This document shows positions 1 to 6,917 of a DNA stretch of 57,645 nt, piece after piece. Source of the stretch: Candidatus Parcubacteria bacterium (GTDB taxonomy: Bacteria > Patescibacteriota > Minisyncoccia > Phycocordibacterales > UBA918); contig JBDLTL010000001.1 in NCBI GenBank assembly GCA_039799085.1, positions 1 through 57,645 of the forward strand, written 5' to 3'. Every line of letters begins with the position of its first letter. The stretch's first letter is position 1. The notes under the pieces were generated by a model. The model made no database searches, had not been told where the DNA came from, and was given only the letters and a program-made list of their open reading frames with translations. Made by a program: the position numbers and the translations under genes.

Positions 1-174
1 CTGATGGCGGTGGGAGGCCTTAACTGGCTTCTTGTCGGCGTCGCAGACCTAGACTTGGTCGCCTCACTCTTCGGAGCTGGTTCTACCCTTGCCAAGGTCG
101 TCTACATTGTGGTCGGTCTCGCAACTGTAGCTGAGATTCTGACACACAAAAAGTCTTGCACGATGTGTAAGTAG
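1..174 (+). CDS. DUF378-like small membrane protein (5' end cut by window edge)
   Basis: Frame 1 is open from nt 1 to TAG at 172-174. Translation ..GGLNWLLVGVADLDLVASLFGAGSTLAKVVYIVVGLATV.. fits the LNW..VG...DLV..LFG pattern I recall for DUF378. A hairpin terminator follows. Confidence 0.6.
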   Translation: MMAVGGLNWLLVGVADLDLVASLFGAGSTLAKVVYIVVGLATVAEILTHKKSCTMCK

Positions 175-187
175 CTTACAGAGAACG

Positions 188-219
188 AAAAATCCACTTC
201 TCAAGGAAGTGGATTTTTC
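188..219 (+). terminator. Rho-independent terminator
   Basis: aaaaatccacttc / loop tcaag / gaagtggattttt, a 13-bp stem ending in a T-run, immediately after the stop at 174. Confidence 0.8.
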
Positions 220-222
220 GTT

Positions 223-245
223 TGGCGGAAGTGACAGGATTCGAA
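223..245 (-). pseudogene. Orphan tRNA 3' fragment (T-loop, T-stem 3' strand, acceptor 3' strand, discriminator G, encoded CCA)
   Basis: Minus strand reads TTCGAAT-CCTGT-CACTTCC-G-CCA. No T-stem 5' strand (ACAGG) lies upstream. CACTTCC is the exact complement of GGAAGTG in the orphan 5' fragment at 547-572. Confidence 0.6.
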
Positions 246-256
246 ACTTACAGTTT

Positions 257-293
257 CAGTACAAGCTGTCGATATTATTACTTCCTTATGGTC
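257..293 (-). repeat. Family-B short repeat, degenerate or shortened copy (B4)
   Basis: Minus strand GACCATAAGGAAGTAATAATATCGACAGCTTGTACTG shares GACC.., AAGGA(G/A)G, TCGAC and (A/C)(G/T)CTTGT(A/G).TG blocks with B1-B3. It lies 11 nt upstream of the orphan T-loop fragment. Confidence 0.4.
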
Positions 294-313
294 GTAAAAT
301 ATCTGACAACCTT

Positions 314-340
314 CTGAAATATTCTCCCAGAATATTTCAG
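314..340. repeat. Perfect 12-bp hairpin (ctgaaatattct-ccc-agaatatttcag)
   Basis: Exact inverted repeat with a 3-nt loop in non-coding DNA. No flanking T-run, so it is not an obvious terminator. Confidence 0.7.
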
Positions 341-369
341 CCTGCGTGAGCTTTCACCCAACACGCGCT

Positions 370-426
370 GACCAATTTTTAGGGAGACCTTAAGTCGACC
401 ATAAAAATGGAAATGCTCTTGTGGTG
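370..426 (+). repeat. Family-B short repeat, copy B2 (57 nt)
   Basis: GACCAATTTTTAGGGAGACCTTAAGTCGACCATAAAAATGGAAATGCTCTTGTGGTG. The last 26 nt match B3 at 24/26 and B1 at 21/26 by hand alignment. Confidence 0.7.
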
Positions 427-432
427 CAAGCG

Positions 433-546
433 TTAAAATTCTTAGCGGAGAGAAGAGGATTCGAACCTCCGATACGATTACTCGTATACATCCTTTCCAA
501 GGATGCGCATTCAACCACTCTGCCATCTCTCCGCTAAAAATTTTAA
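433..546. repeat. 14-nt inverted repeat (433-446 / 533-546, 13/14 complementary) bracketing tRNA-Ser(GGA)
   Basis: ttaaaattcttagc versus the reverse complement of gctaaaaattttaa (ttaaaatttttagc). It is contiguous with the 7-bp acceptor stem, giving a potential 21-bp helix. Confidence 0.75.
446..532 (-). tRNA. tRNA-Ser(GGA)
   Basis: Minus strand GGAGAGA-TG-GCAGAGTGGTTGAATGC-G-CATCC-TTGGAAA-GGATG-long variable arm (ATACGA gtaa TCGTAT)-GGAGG-TTCGAAT-CCTCT-TCTCTCC-G. No encoded CCA. Confidence 0.9.
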
Positions 547-572
547 GCCTTCAACCGCTCGGCCACACTTCC
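547..572 (-). pseudogene. Orphan tRNA-Ser-type 5' fragment (acceptor 5' strand plus D-arm only)
   Basis: Minus strand GGAAGTG-TG-GCCGAGCGGTTGAAGGC is a typical class II (Ser/Leu) D-arm. It runs straight into the inverted repeat flanking tRNA-Ser(GGA), with no anticodon arm. Confidence 0.6.
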
Positions 573-586
573 TTTAAAATCATCGG

Positions 587-731
587 CGGAAAGGGCGGGA
601 TTTGCACCACAAGAGTATTTCCGAAATTATAGTCGATACAAGCTCTCCTTAATTTCTAGGTCAACCCGCGATAGAGTTTCCCCTATGCCGGTTTTCGAAA
701 CCGGTGCTTTCAACCACTCAGCCACCTTTCC
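587..731 (-). tRNA. tRNA-Ser(CGA) interrupted by a 58-nt insert in the T-loop (87 nt without the insert)
   Basis: GGAAAGG-TG-GCTGAGTGGTTGAAAGC-A-CCGGT-TTCGAAA-ACCGG-variable arm-GCGGG-TT-[58 nt]-CAAAT-CCCGC-CCTTTCC-G. All stems are perfect once 605-662 is removed. Confidence 0.75.
605..662 (-). mobile_element. Family-B element copy B1 (58 nt) inserted between T-loop positions 55 and 56 of tRNA-Ser(CGA)
   Basis: Minus strand GACCTAGAAATTAAGGAGAGCTTGTATCGACTATAATTTCGGAAATACTCTTGTGGTG. Homologous to 370-426 and 54902-54955. No target duplication at the junctions. Confidence 0.65.
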
Positions 732-759
732 ATGAATGAGCGATTATTTATACCATATG

Positions 760-799
760 AAAGTGCGGTCAAAAATCTTTAGATTTTTGACCGCACTTT
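760..799 (-). terminator. Terminator hairpin downstream of the 802-1929 gene
   Basis: aaagtgcggtcaaaaatc / ttta / gatttttgaccgcacttt, an 18-bp perfect stem 2 nt after the stop codon. Confidence 0.8.
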
Positions 800-801
800 C
801 C

Positions 802-1929
802 CTAGCTCATCCGCACATCTTCAATGAGATGCAGGATATGGAGAATTGGTCGAGCAACAGTGAGCATGTAGTCCTTCACCTCCTCTTCGTCGATACTAGC
901 GACACTGTCGTGAATGCGCGTCTGTGCATCTGGATATAAGAGGTACATTTTCCCTTCGATAAATGAAATGCGAATGTTTCCCTTCTGCTGTTTCCACCAG
1001 TCATAGAGATCGCTCATGAAATTTGGTGTGAGAATGTACCGGGCCTCAATCTTGTCGGTCGTCATGACGTGTAGCAAGTCTTCAAACTCGGCCCACTCAA
1101 GCATGGTTTTTTCTGGAAGTGTTTCTTTTATAAGATTCCAAAAATCCACATGCCCAAAACCTGAGTCATCACCTTCTGTTGAGACAAATGTCTTAGCGTC
1201 GAGTGTGTGTGGGAGATCGTATGACACAAAGTACCCTTTGAAAATTCGCTTCACTTGGCGATTTTTCCCACTACCAGTGATATTTCTAATATCCATCTCA
1301 CCCGCAGAAAGTCGCCGACCGTCTAGTGAAAGGATTTCAAATAGATTGTCGACTTTGGTGGTGTTGAAAGGCTCAGTTATAAGCTCTGAATGGCGGAGTG
1401 TCTCAAGTAGTGCAATTGCCTCCGGTGAAGGTTCGACAAGCTGTCGGTACTTCTGAAATACTCGTTGCACCTTTCCCCACTTTGTATCTGGGTACACGCG
1501 CTCGTCAATTTTTGTCGTGTGCTCAATAAGCGAACCTTCGACGCCAAGAAGCGTAAAGATTTTTTTGAACATCACCTTATCAACCTGCCCATGAAAAGCC
1601 TTGATAACAAGAGCCCCCCTGGCAACCGTCATTACGCCAAAGTATGCAAAAACACCTATAGAAGCGAGGAAAATGAGCGTACCGATAATACCGCTCCAAG
1701 CGGAGACAGAAGTCGAGAGAATCGAACCGAACACAAAGAAAAAGATGTTTGGAATGATGAGAATCATGAAAAGAGACAGTGCCACGAGCCGTTGTTTGCG
1801 ACGGTATGAAACATACTGTACTTCTATATCACCCACCTTTTGTTTGATAGATTGCGTAGTTACAGGCAAATCAGACAGCAAGACAGTCTCGAGGGCTGAT
1901 TCGTTTGGAATGCGTGATTTGAGCTCCAT
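802..1929 (-). CDS. Membrane protein, DUF3137-like (LemA/HtpX neighbourhood)
   Basis: 375-aa ORF with two central TM helices. The domain assignment is from memory of the LemA-DUF3137 gene pairing and is not verified. Confidence 0.6.
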   Translation of the reverse strand: MELKSRIPNESALETVLLSDLPVTTQSIKQKVGDIEVQYVSYRRKQRLVALSLFMILIIPNIFFFVFGSILSTSVSAWSGIIGTLIFLASIGVFAYFGVMTVARGALVIKAFHGQVDKVMFKKIFTLLGVEGSLIEHTTKIDERVYPDTKWGKVQRVFQKYRQLVEPSPEAIALLETLRHSELITEPFNTTKVDNLFEILSLDGRRLSAGEMDIRNITGSGKNRQVKRIFKGYFVSYDLPHTLDAKTFVSTEGDDSGFGHVDFWNLIKETLPEKTMLEWAEFEDLLHVMTTDKIEARYILTPNFMSDLYDWWKQQKGNIRISFIEGKMYLLYPDAQTRIHDSVASIDEEEVKDYMLTVARPILHILHLIEDVRMS

Positions 1930-1938
1930 ACGCCACTG

Positions 1939-2838
1939 TTATACATCCATATTCCGAAGAATGCGAATGCGGTCTTCTGCTGGTGGGTGAGTCTGGAAAA
2001 GACCGCTGATTTTTTGACGAAGTGAACGTGAGTCACCGCCAAATGGATCAGCAATAAAAAGATGGGCGGTTGCATTGTTGGCACGAGCCATTGGGACTGC
2101 GTGTGCGTGGATTTTTTCGAGCGCTGAAGCGAGACCTTCTGGGTAACGAGTGAGGAGGGCGCCGCTTGCGTCCGCGAGATACTCACGCTTCCGAGATATC
2201 GCCATTTGAATAAGCTGAGCCGCAATTGGTGCCAAAATAATCCCGACGATACCAAGAATCAAAAAGATAACTCCAGCTTTGTTGTCTTCCCTATCACCAC
2301 CAAACATCATCGCACGCATAAAAAAATCAGCAAGAATAGCAACAAAGCCAGCGAGTACAACAGCAACTGTCGACACGAGCATATCGCGATTTCCAATATG
2401 AGAAAGTTCGTGTGCCATCACCCCTTCAAGCTCAGTTTGATTCAAGATAGCAAGTAGTCCTGTGGTGGCCGCTACTGCAGCGTGCTCAGGATCACGCCCG
2501 GTTGCAAACGCATTTGGCGCCATGTCATTGACGACATACACCTTTGGCATTGGTAGCCCAGCGGTGATCGAGAGATTTTCAACGACATTCCAAAGCATTG
2601 GATGTGTGTCTCTGGTCACCGGCTGAGCACCAGTCATTTTGATGACTAACTTATCGGACCACCAGTAGCTACCGATATTCATTACAATCGCAAAGATAAC
2701 CGCGACATAAAGAACAATCGGGTCACCCAGCAAGTAGGCCGCCCCGTACCCAAGCCCAATAACGAGCACGAGAAAAACAGCCATGAGAAACCATGTCTTA
2801 CGAATATTAGCCCCCTGGTGTGTGTAGAGTGTTGCCAT
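1939..2838 (-). CDS. htpX: Zinc metalloprotease HtpX (M48)
   Basis: 299 aa with an N-terminal TM pair, a HELSHIGNRD zinc motif, and C-terminal FQTHPP..RI. Confidence 0.92.
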   Translation of the reverse strand: MATLYTHQGANIRKTWFLMAVFLVLVIGLGYGAAYLLGDPIVLYVAVIFAIVMNIGSYWWSDKLVIKMTGAQPVTRDTHPMLWNVVENLSITAGLPMPKVYVVNDMAPNAFATGRDPEHAAVAATTGLLAILNQTELEGVMAHELSHIGNRDMLVSTVAVVLAGFVAILADFFMRAMMFGGDREDNKAGVIFLILGIVGIILAPIAAQLIQMAISRKREYLADASGALLTRYPEGLASALEKIHAHAVPMARANNATAHLFIADPFGGDSRSLRQKISGLFQTHPPAEDRIRILRNMDV

Positions 2839-2978
2839 TGAATGAGAAAACGAGCCGTAAGGCGATTATTTCGAATTTATACAGGCGCTTAGCATATTTC
2901 GACCTCCAAGGGAGAAGTAGGCTGTAGCGAGCTGTAAAGGAATTCTAACGCATTACAGAATTAAATAAAATGTACAAA

Positions 2979-3368
2979 TTACAACGGAATTCCTTGTGGA
3001 CTCTCGTTTGATTTGTAGCCAACATCAGCTGACCAGTGCAGGAAATACCCGTGCTTGTATCCACCCTTTCGTATCAAGTTTTCTTTACGCGCAGCGATTA
3101 CTTCTTCTTTCGTTATTTCAAGCTGATTAATGAGGGTTTCGAGTACAACCATAAGGTCGCTGTATTCTTCGAGAAATTCTTGCTTTTCTCGCACCATTGC
3201 GATAGACGATGCTTCTTCTTGAATTTTTTTGAAGAGCTCTTGCTGAAGCTCCTGGACGTCAGTTATCTTTCGGTACTCACACTGCTCGTGCTTTCCTTCA
3301 ATTTTTGTTGGAATATTGTCACGCACCAACTTGTTGTAGTAGACACGAGTAATTTCGGACATACTCAA
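2979..3368 (-). CDS. MazG-like nucleoside triphosphate pyrophosphohydrolase
   Basis: 129 aa. The YNKLVRDNIP start and E-rich helices (EEASS..EFLEEYSDL) are typical of the small all-alpha NTP-PPase family. Confidence 0.65.
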   Translation of the reverse strand: MSMSEITRVYYNKLVRDNIPTKIEGKHEQCEYRKITDVQELQQELFKKIQEEASSIAMVREKQEFLEEYSDLMVVLETLINQLEITKEEVIAARKENLIRKGGYKHGYFLHWSADVGYKSNESPQGIPL

Positions 3369-3953
3369 CTAAAAACTAACCTTTACTGGCTCTCGCTGCT
3401 CGCTTCCTTCGGGAAGTTCGAAGAATGCCTCTGCCTTAAAGTTGAACATGTTACCAACCACATTTGAAGGAAATGCCTGAAGCGCGATATTGAGATCACG
3501 AACATTACCATTGTAGAAACGACGAGCTGCCTGAATCTTGTTTTCAGTGTCTGAGAGCTCTGTCTGAAGCTGAGCGAAGTTAGTATTTGCTTTGAGATCT
3601 GGGTAGTTTTCTGCGATAGCTATGAGCTTTCCAAGTGCGCCAGTAAGTGCACCTTCAGCTTGCGACATTGCAGCCATTTGCTCTGGAGTAACGGCACCTG
3701 CGTCGATGTGAGTCTGAGTTGCTATCGTACGAGCCTGTGTAACCGCATCAAGTGTCTCACGCTCATGCGCAGCGTAGCCCTTTACTGTCTCAATAAGATT
3801 TGGGATGAGGTCATAGCGACGCTTGAGCTGTACATCAATATCAGCCCATGCTTCCTTAGCGCGCTGAGTAAGTTTTACGAAATTATTGTAAAGGTAGATA
3901 ACATAGAAAACTACGAGAGCAACTACGGCGATGATAATCCAAGTCGTGTTCAT
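3369..3953 (-). CDS. lemA: LemA family protein
   Basis: 194 aa with an N-terminal TM helix, then YNNFV.L...EAWADIDVQLKRRYDLIPNL, a typical LemA sequence. Confidence 0.9.
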   Translation of the reverse strand: MNTTWIIIAVVALVVFYVIYLYNNFVKLTQRAKEAWADIDVQLKRRYDLIPNLIETVKGYAAHERETLDAVTQARTIATQTHIDAGAVTPEQMAAMSQAEGALTGALGKLIAIAENYPDLKANTNFAQLQTELSDTENKIQAARRFYNGNVRDLNIALQAFPSNVVGNMFNFKAEAFFELPEGSEQREPVKVSF

Positions 3954-4043
3954 GATTGCAATACTTATTGTAATGACAAAATTATACCACGATTTCTGAA
4001 TTTCAAGCGCCCTCTCTTAGTGAAGGTGTCCTGAACTTTAATA

Positions 4044-4072
4044 TTGACACTTTATATTTTAAGTGTTATTTT
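4044..4072 (+). promoter_or_regulatory. Candidate sigma70-type promoter for the 4109 gene
   Basis: TTGACA (4044-4049), 17-nt spacer, TATTTT (4067-4072). By-eye match only. Confidence 0.3.
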
Positions 4073-4108
4073 CTTTGCCCGCTGTTTTGCGGAATTTTGG
4101 AGGGTCAA

Positions 4109-4693
4109 ATGAAACACGAGTTCTTCTTCGATACTGACAAAGTGTCTGTCCTTTACATGTCGAACACGGTGTCAATCATCGAAAACCAAGACGGCACGAT
4201 ATCCGTAAGTGGGACCGCTATACATCTGAGGGATCAGGAGAAGGCACTTCTTCGCTACCTCATCAAGGGCGAAGGTCGGGTGCGCACCAAGGCAATGTTC
4301 CTCTCACACCTCGCCTGTGGCAAGAACATCGACTACAAGCTAATTGACGTCCTCGTCTGCAAGGTGCGCACGAAACTTCGATTGGCACATCCTGCCGCGG
4401 CGGAGCTGCTTCGCCTGGTCTGGGGTCGCGGCTACGCCTGGGGACTGCCTCAGACAACTCCCCCGACCAATTGGCATCCCTTAGTCCCCAATCCGGGACG
4501 ATGGACCATCGCACTGAAGTCAGACCTCATCGAAGCGTTGCGACGCTATGATGTCGAAGTCGATACGGTGTTGCAGCACCTTCCCGACCTCTCGATTGAG
4601 GAACTCTTCGAATGGAAGCGCGCCTATCAGGACAAAGGCCGCGCGGGACTTCGCACGACGAGACCTGATGTGAAATACCTGTGTCTCACGTAA
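4109..4693 (+). CDS. DNA-binding protein: OmpR/PhoB-type winged helix fused to a DUF1153-like HTH
   Basis: ATG at 4109 lies 6 nt after GGAGGG; the ORF track's TTG at 4097 is less likely. EKALLRYL..G.V.TK..F...L......IDVLVCKVRTKL.....RLVWGRGYAW is a Trans_reg_C pattern. RWTIALKSDLIEALRR....LSIEELFEWKRAYQDKGRAGLRTTR resembles DUF1153. Visibly G+C-rich. Confidence 0.75.
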   Translation: MKHEFFFDTDKVSVLYMSNTVSIIENQDGTISVSGTAIHLRDQEKALLRYLIKGEGRVRTKAMFLSHLACGKNIDYKLIDVLVCKVRTKLRLAHPAAAELLRLVWGRGYAWGLPQTTPPTNWHPLVPNPGRWTIALKSDLIEALRRYDVEVDTVLQHLPDLSIEELFEWKRAYQDKGRAGLRTTRPDVKYLCLT

Positions 4694-4717
4694 ACATCAT
4701 TGCCACAGCGGCTAAGC

Positions 4718-4746
4718 GGCGCGGGCTCCCCATCGGAGCCCGCGCC
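4718..4746 (+). terminator. Terminator of the 4109-4693 gene
   Basis: ggcgcgggctcc / ccatc / ggagcccgcgcc, followed by attt. Confidence 0.75.
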
Positions 4747-4761
4747 ATTTCTATATATGAA

Positions 4762-4792
4762 GAAAGAGCGGCGCCTTCGGCGCCGCTCTTTC
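4762..4792 (-). terminator. Terminator of groEL
   Basis: gaaagagcggcgcc / ttcg / gcgccgctctttc, 20 nt beyond the groEL stop. Confidence 0.8.
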
Positions 4793-4812
4793 TTAAAAGA
4801 CTTTTAGAAGAT

Positions 4813-6462
4813 CTAATACATTCCTCCCATGCCACCCATACCCGACATGTCAGGCATGACAGACTTTCCTTCCTCTGGTTCATCAGCAATCGCTGCCTCT
4901 GTCGTGAGGAGAATCGCCGCAGCTGAGACTGCGTGCTGTACACCTGAGCGCTCCACCTTCACTGGGTCGATGATACCGGCCTTTATCATATCGTCTACCA
5001 TCTCACCCTTCGCAGCATCGTAGCCAGCATTACCACCAGCTTGCTTCACCTTCTCAACAATCACCGCACCATCGTGCTTACCGGTATTGTCCGCGATTTG
5101 CTTAAGTGGTACTTCAAGTGCCTTAAGCACAATATTGTATCCAATCATCTCTTCGCGTGAGAGCTCTTTGTTTTCGATATTCTTCTCCACGATTCCCGCA
5201 GCGCGAGCAAGTGATGTTCCGCCACCTGGCACAATACCTTCATCAATCGCTGCCTTCGTAGCGTTTACCGCATCTTCGATTTTAAGCTTGAGGTACTTCA
5301 TTTCAGTCTCAGTGGCGGCACCTACTCGAATGACAGCTACACCGCCAGTAAGCTTAGCGATACGCTCCTCGAGTTTTTCTTTATCAAACTTCGAAGATGT
5401 TCCTTCAAGCTGTGCTTTAAGTGCAATCACGCGCTCTTCGACAGCCGACTTTTCGCCAGCGCCACCAACAATAGTTGTCGTATCTTTGGTTGATACCACT
5501 CGGTCAGCATGTCCTAGTTGCGCAAGCTCAACTGTTTCGAGCTTGTAGCCAAGGTCGTCACTAATCACCTGTGCACCGGTTGTCACCGCGATATCGGTAA
5601 GCATTTCCTTCTTACGGTCACCATAGCCTGGAGCCTTGATAGCAAGCACTGAGAATCCGCCCTTGAGCTTATTAACCACAAAGGTCGTGAGGGCTTCACC
5701 TTCAACTTCGTCTGCAATAATTACTAGCTCCTTCTTACCTGACTGCGCGATTTTCTCGAGGAGTGGAAGGATCTCTTGTACTGACGAAATCTTCTTGTCA
5801 GTAATCAGAAGCTGGGCATTTTTGTACTCTGCTTCCATACGCTCCGGGTTGGTCACCATGTACGGCGACACGTAGCCCTTATCGAACTGCATGCCTTCGG
5901 TGAGCTCCGTTTCGATACCAAATGACTGTGATTCCTCTACTGTCACCACACCGTCCTTACCGACCTTGTCGATAGTCTCGGCAATCTTCTCACCAAGCTC
6001 AGCGTCTTCTGCAGAAATAGTCGCAACCTGCTTAATCTCTTCAACGGAAGAAATCTTGGTAGCCATCTCCTTGAGGGCATCTACCACATCCTTAGCAGCG
6101 TGCTCCATACCATTGCGCACCGCCATTGCGTTGATACCCATAGTCGTCTGACGGAGTCCTTCGTTTACAAGTGCCTGAGTAAGCACCGTCGCAGTAGTCG
6201 TACCATCTCCAGCTACTTCGTTGGTCTTGGTCGCTACTTCCTTGATGATTTCAGCGCCCATGTTCTCGAACTTATCTTTGAGGACAATTTCCTTTGCAAT
6301 CGAGACACCATCATTCGTAATAGTTGGACCACCAAAGCCCTTGTCGAGGATGACATTGCGACCACGCGGACCGAGTGTTACCTTCACAGCATTTGCGACC
6401 GTATCAACTCCTTTCTGCAGCTTCTTTTTTACTTCCTCTCCGTAAATTACTTGTTTTGCCAT
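4813..6462 (-). CDS. groL: Chaperonin GroEL
   Basis: 549 aa: [31 protein letters not shown]..., with a C-terminal [10 protein letters not shown] tail. Confidence 0.98.
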   Translation of the reverse strand: MAKQVIYGEEVKKKLQKGVDTVANAVKVTLGPRGRNVILDKGFGGPTITNDGVSIAKEIVLKDKFENMGAEIIKEVATKTNEVAGDGTTTATVLTQALVNEGLRQTTMGINAMAVRNGMEHAAKDVVDALKEMATKISSVEEIKQVATISAEDAELGEKIAETIDKVGKDGVVTVEESQSFGIETELTEGMQFDKGYVSPYMVTNPERMEAEYKNAQLLITDKKISSVQEILPLLEKIAQSGKKELVIIADEVEGEALTTFVVNKLKGGFSVLAIKAPGYGDRKKEMLTDIAVTTGAQVISDDLGYKLETVELAQLGHADRVVSTKDTTTIVGGAGEKSAVEERVIALKAQLEGTSSKFDKEKLEERIAKLTGGVAVIRVGAATETEMKYLKLKIEDAVNATKAAIDEGIVPGGGTSLARAAGIVEKNIENKELSREEMIGYNIVLKALEVPLKQIADNTGKHDGAVIVEKVKQAGGNAGYDAAKGEMVDDMIKAGIIDPVKVERSGVQHAVSAAAILLTTEAAIADEPEEGKSVMPDMSGMGGMGGMY

Positions 6463-6476
6463 AAAAATCTCTACGA

Positions 6477-6797
6477 TTAGTTAGTAAATACACCCAAGAT
6501 GCTCGCTTCGTTTACAATGTAATATTCCTTTCCATCTACCTTCAGCTCATCATAGCCATACTTTGAAAAGACAACGTGGTCACCGACCTGTACATCAAGT
6601 GGAATACGATTTTCGCCATCTTCATCAAATTTTCCGGGACCGACAGCGAGCACCACTCCTTGTTCTGGTTTTTCTTTCTTGGCACTGTCAGGGATGATAA
6701 TTCCTGACGGTGACGCAGTTCCCTGCTCTTCATCTGTGAGCGGACGCACAATCACCTTATCGTTAAGCGGTCTGATTGGACTGTTTTGTTCTGACAT
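6477..6797 (-). CDS. groS: Co-chaperonin GroES
   Basis: 106 aa: IRPLNDKVIVRP...GIIIPDSAKEKP.QG.V.AVGPG, immediately upstream of groEL. Confidence 0.96.
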   Translation of the reverse strand: MSEQNSPIRPLNDKVIVRPLTDEEQGTASPSGIIIPDSAKKEKPEQGVVLAVGPGKFDEDGENRIPLDVQVGDHVVFSKYGYDELKVDGKEYYIVNEASILGVFTN

Positions 6798-6917
6798 AGT
6801 TAAAGATTAAGAACTAATTTTTAATACAATTTTATGTACGACGAAAAGGCCAATTTATTTCGTTCGTCGCGCCGATATTTTACTCGATTCTTATAGTTGG
6901 CGCAAAAGATGGCCTCC

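Noticed and set aside
223-445. Possible tmRNA (ssrA), because of a tRNA-like 3' end with encoded CCA and about 220 nt of structured non-coding sequence upstream
   Set aside because: The acceptor would have A3-U70 rather than the G3-U70 alanine identity pair. The discriminator is G, not A. There is no GGGG... 5' end and no recognisable tag reading frame. The matching acceptor 5' strand belongs to a Ser-type D-arm fragment at 547-572.
4829-6480. Multiple 60-150-aa ORFs antisense to or out of frame within groEL. Similar shadow ORFs occur inside serS, topA, rnj, the SBP gene, the bactofilin-like gene and others.
   Set aside because: They are fully contained in long, motif-supported genes, and their products are low-complexity (S/A/T/P-rich). 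They are typical shadow ORFs.
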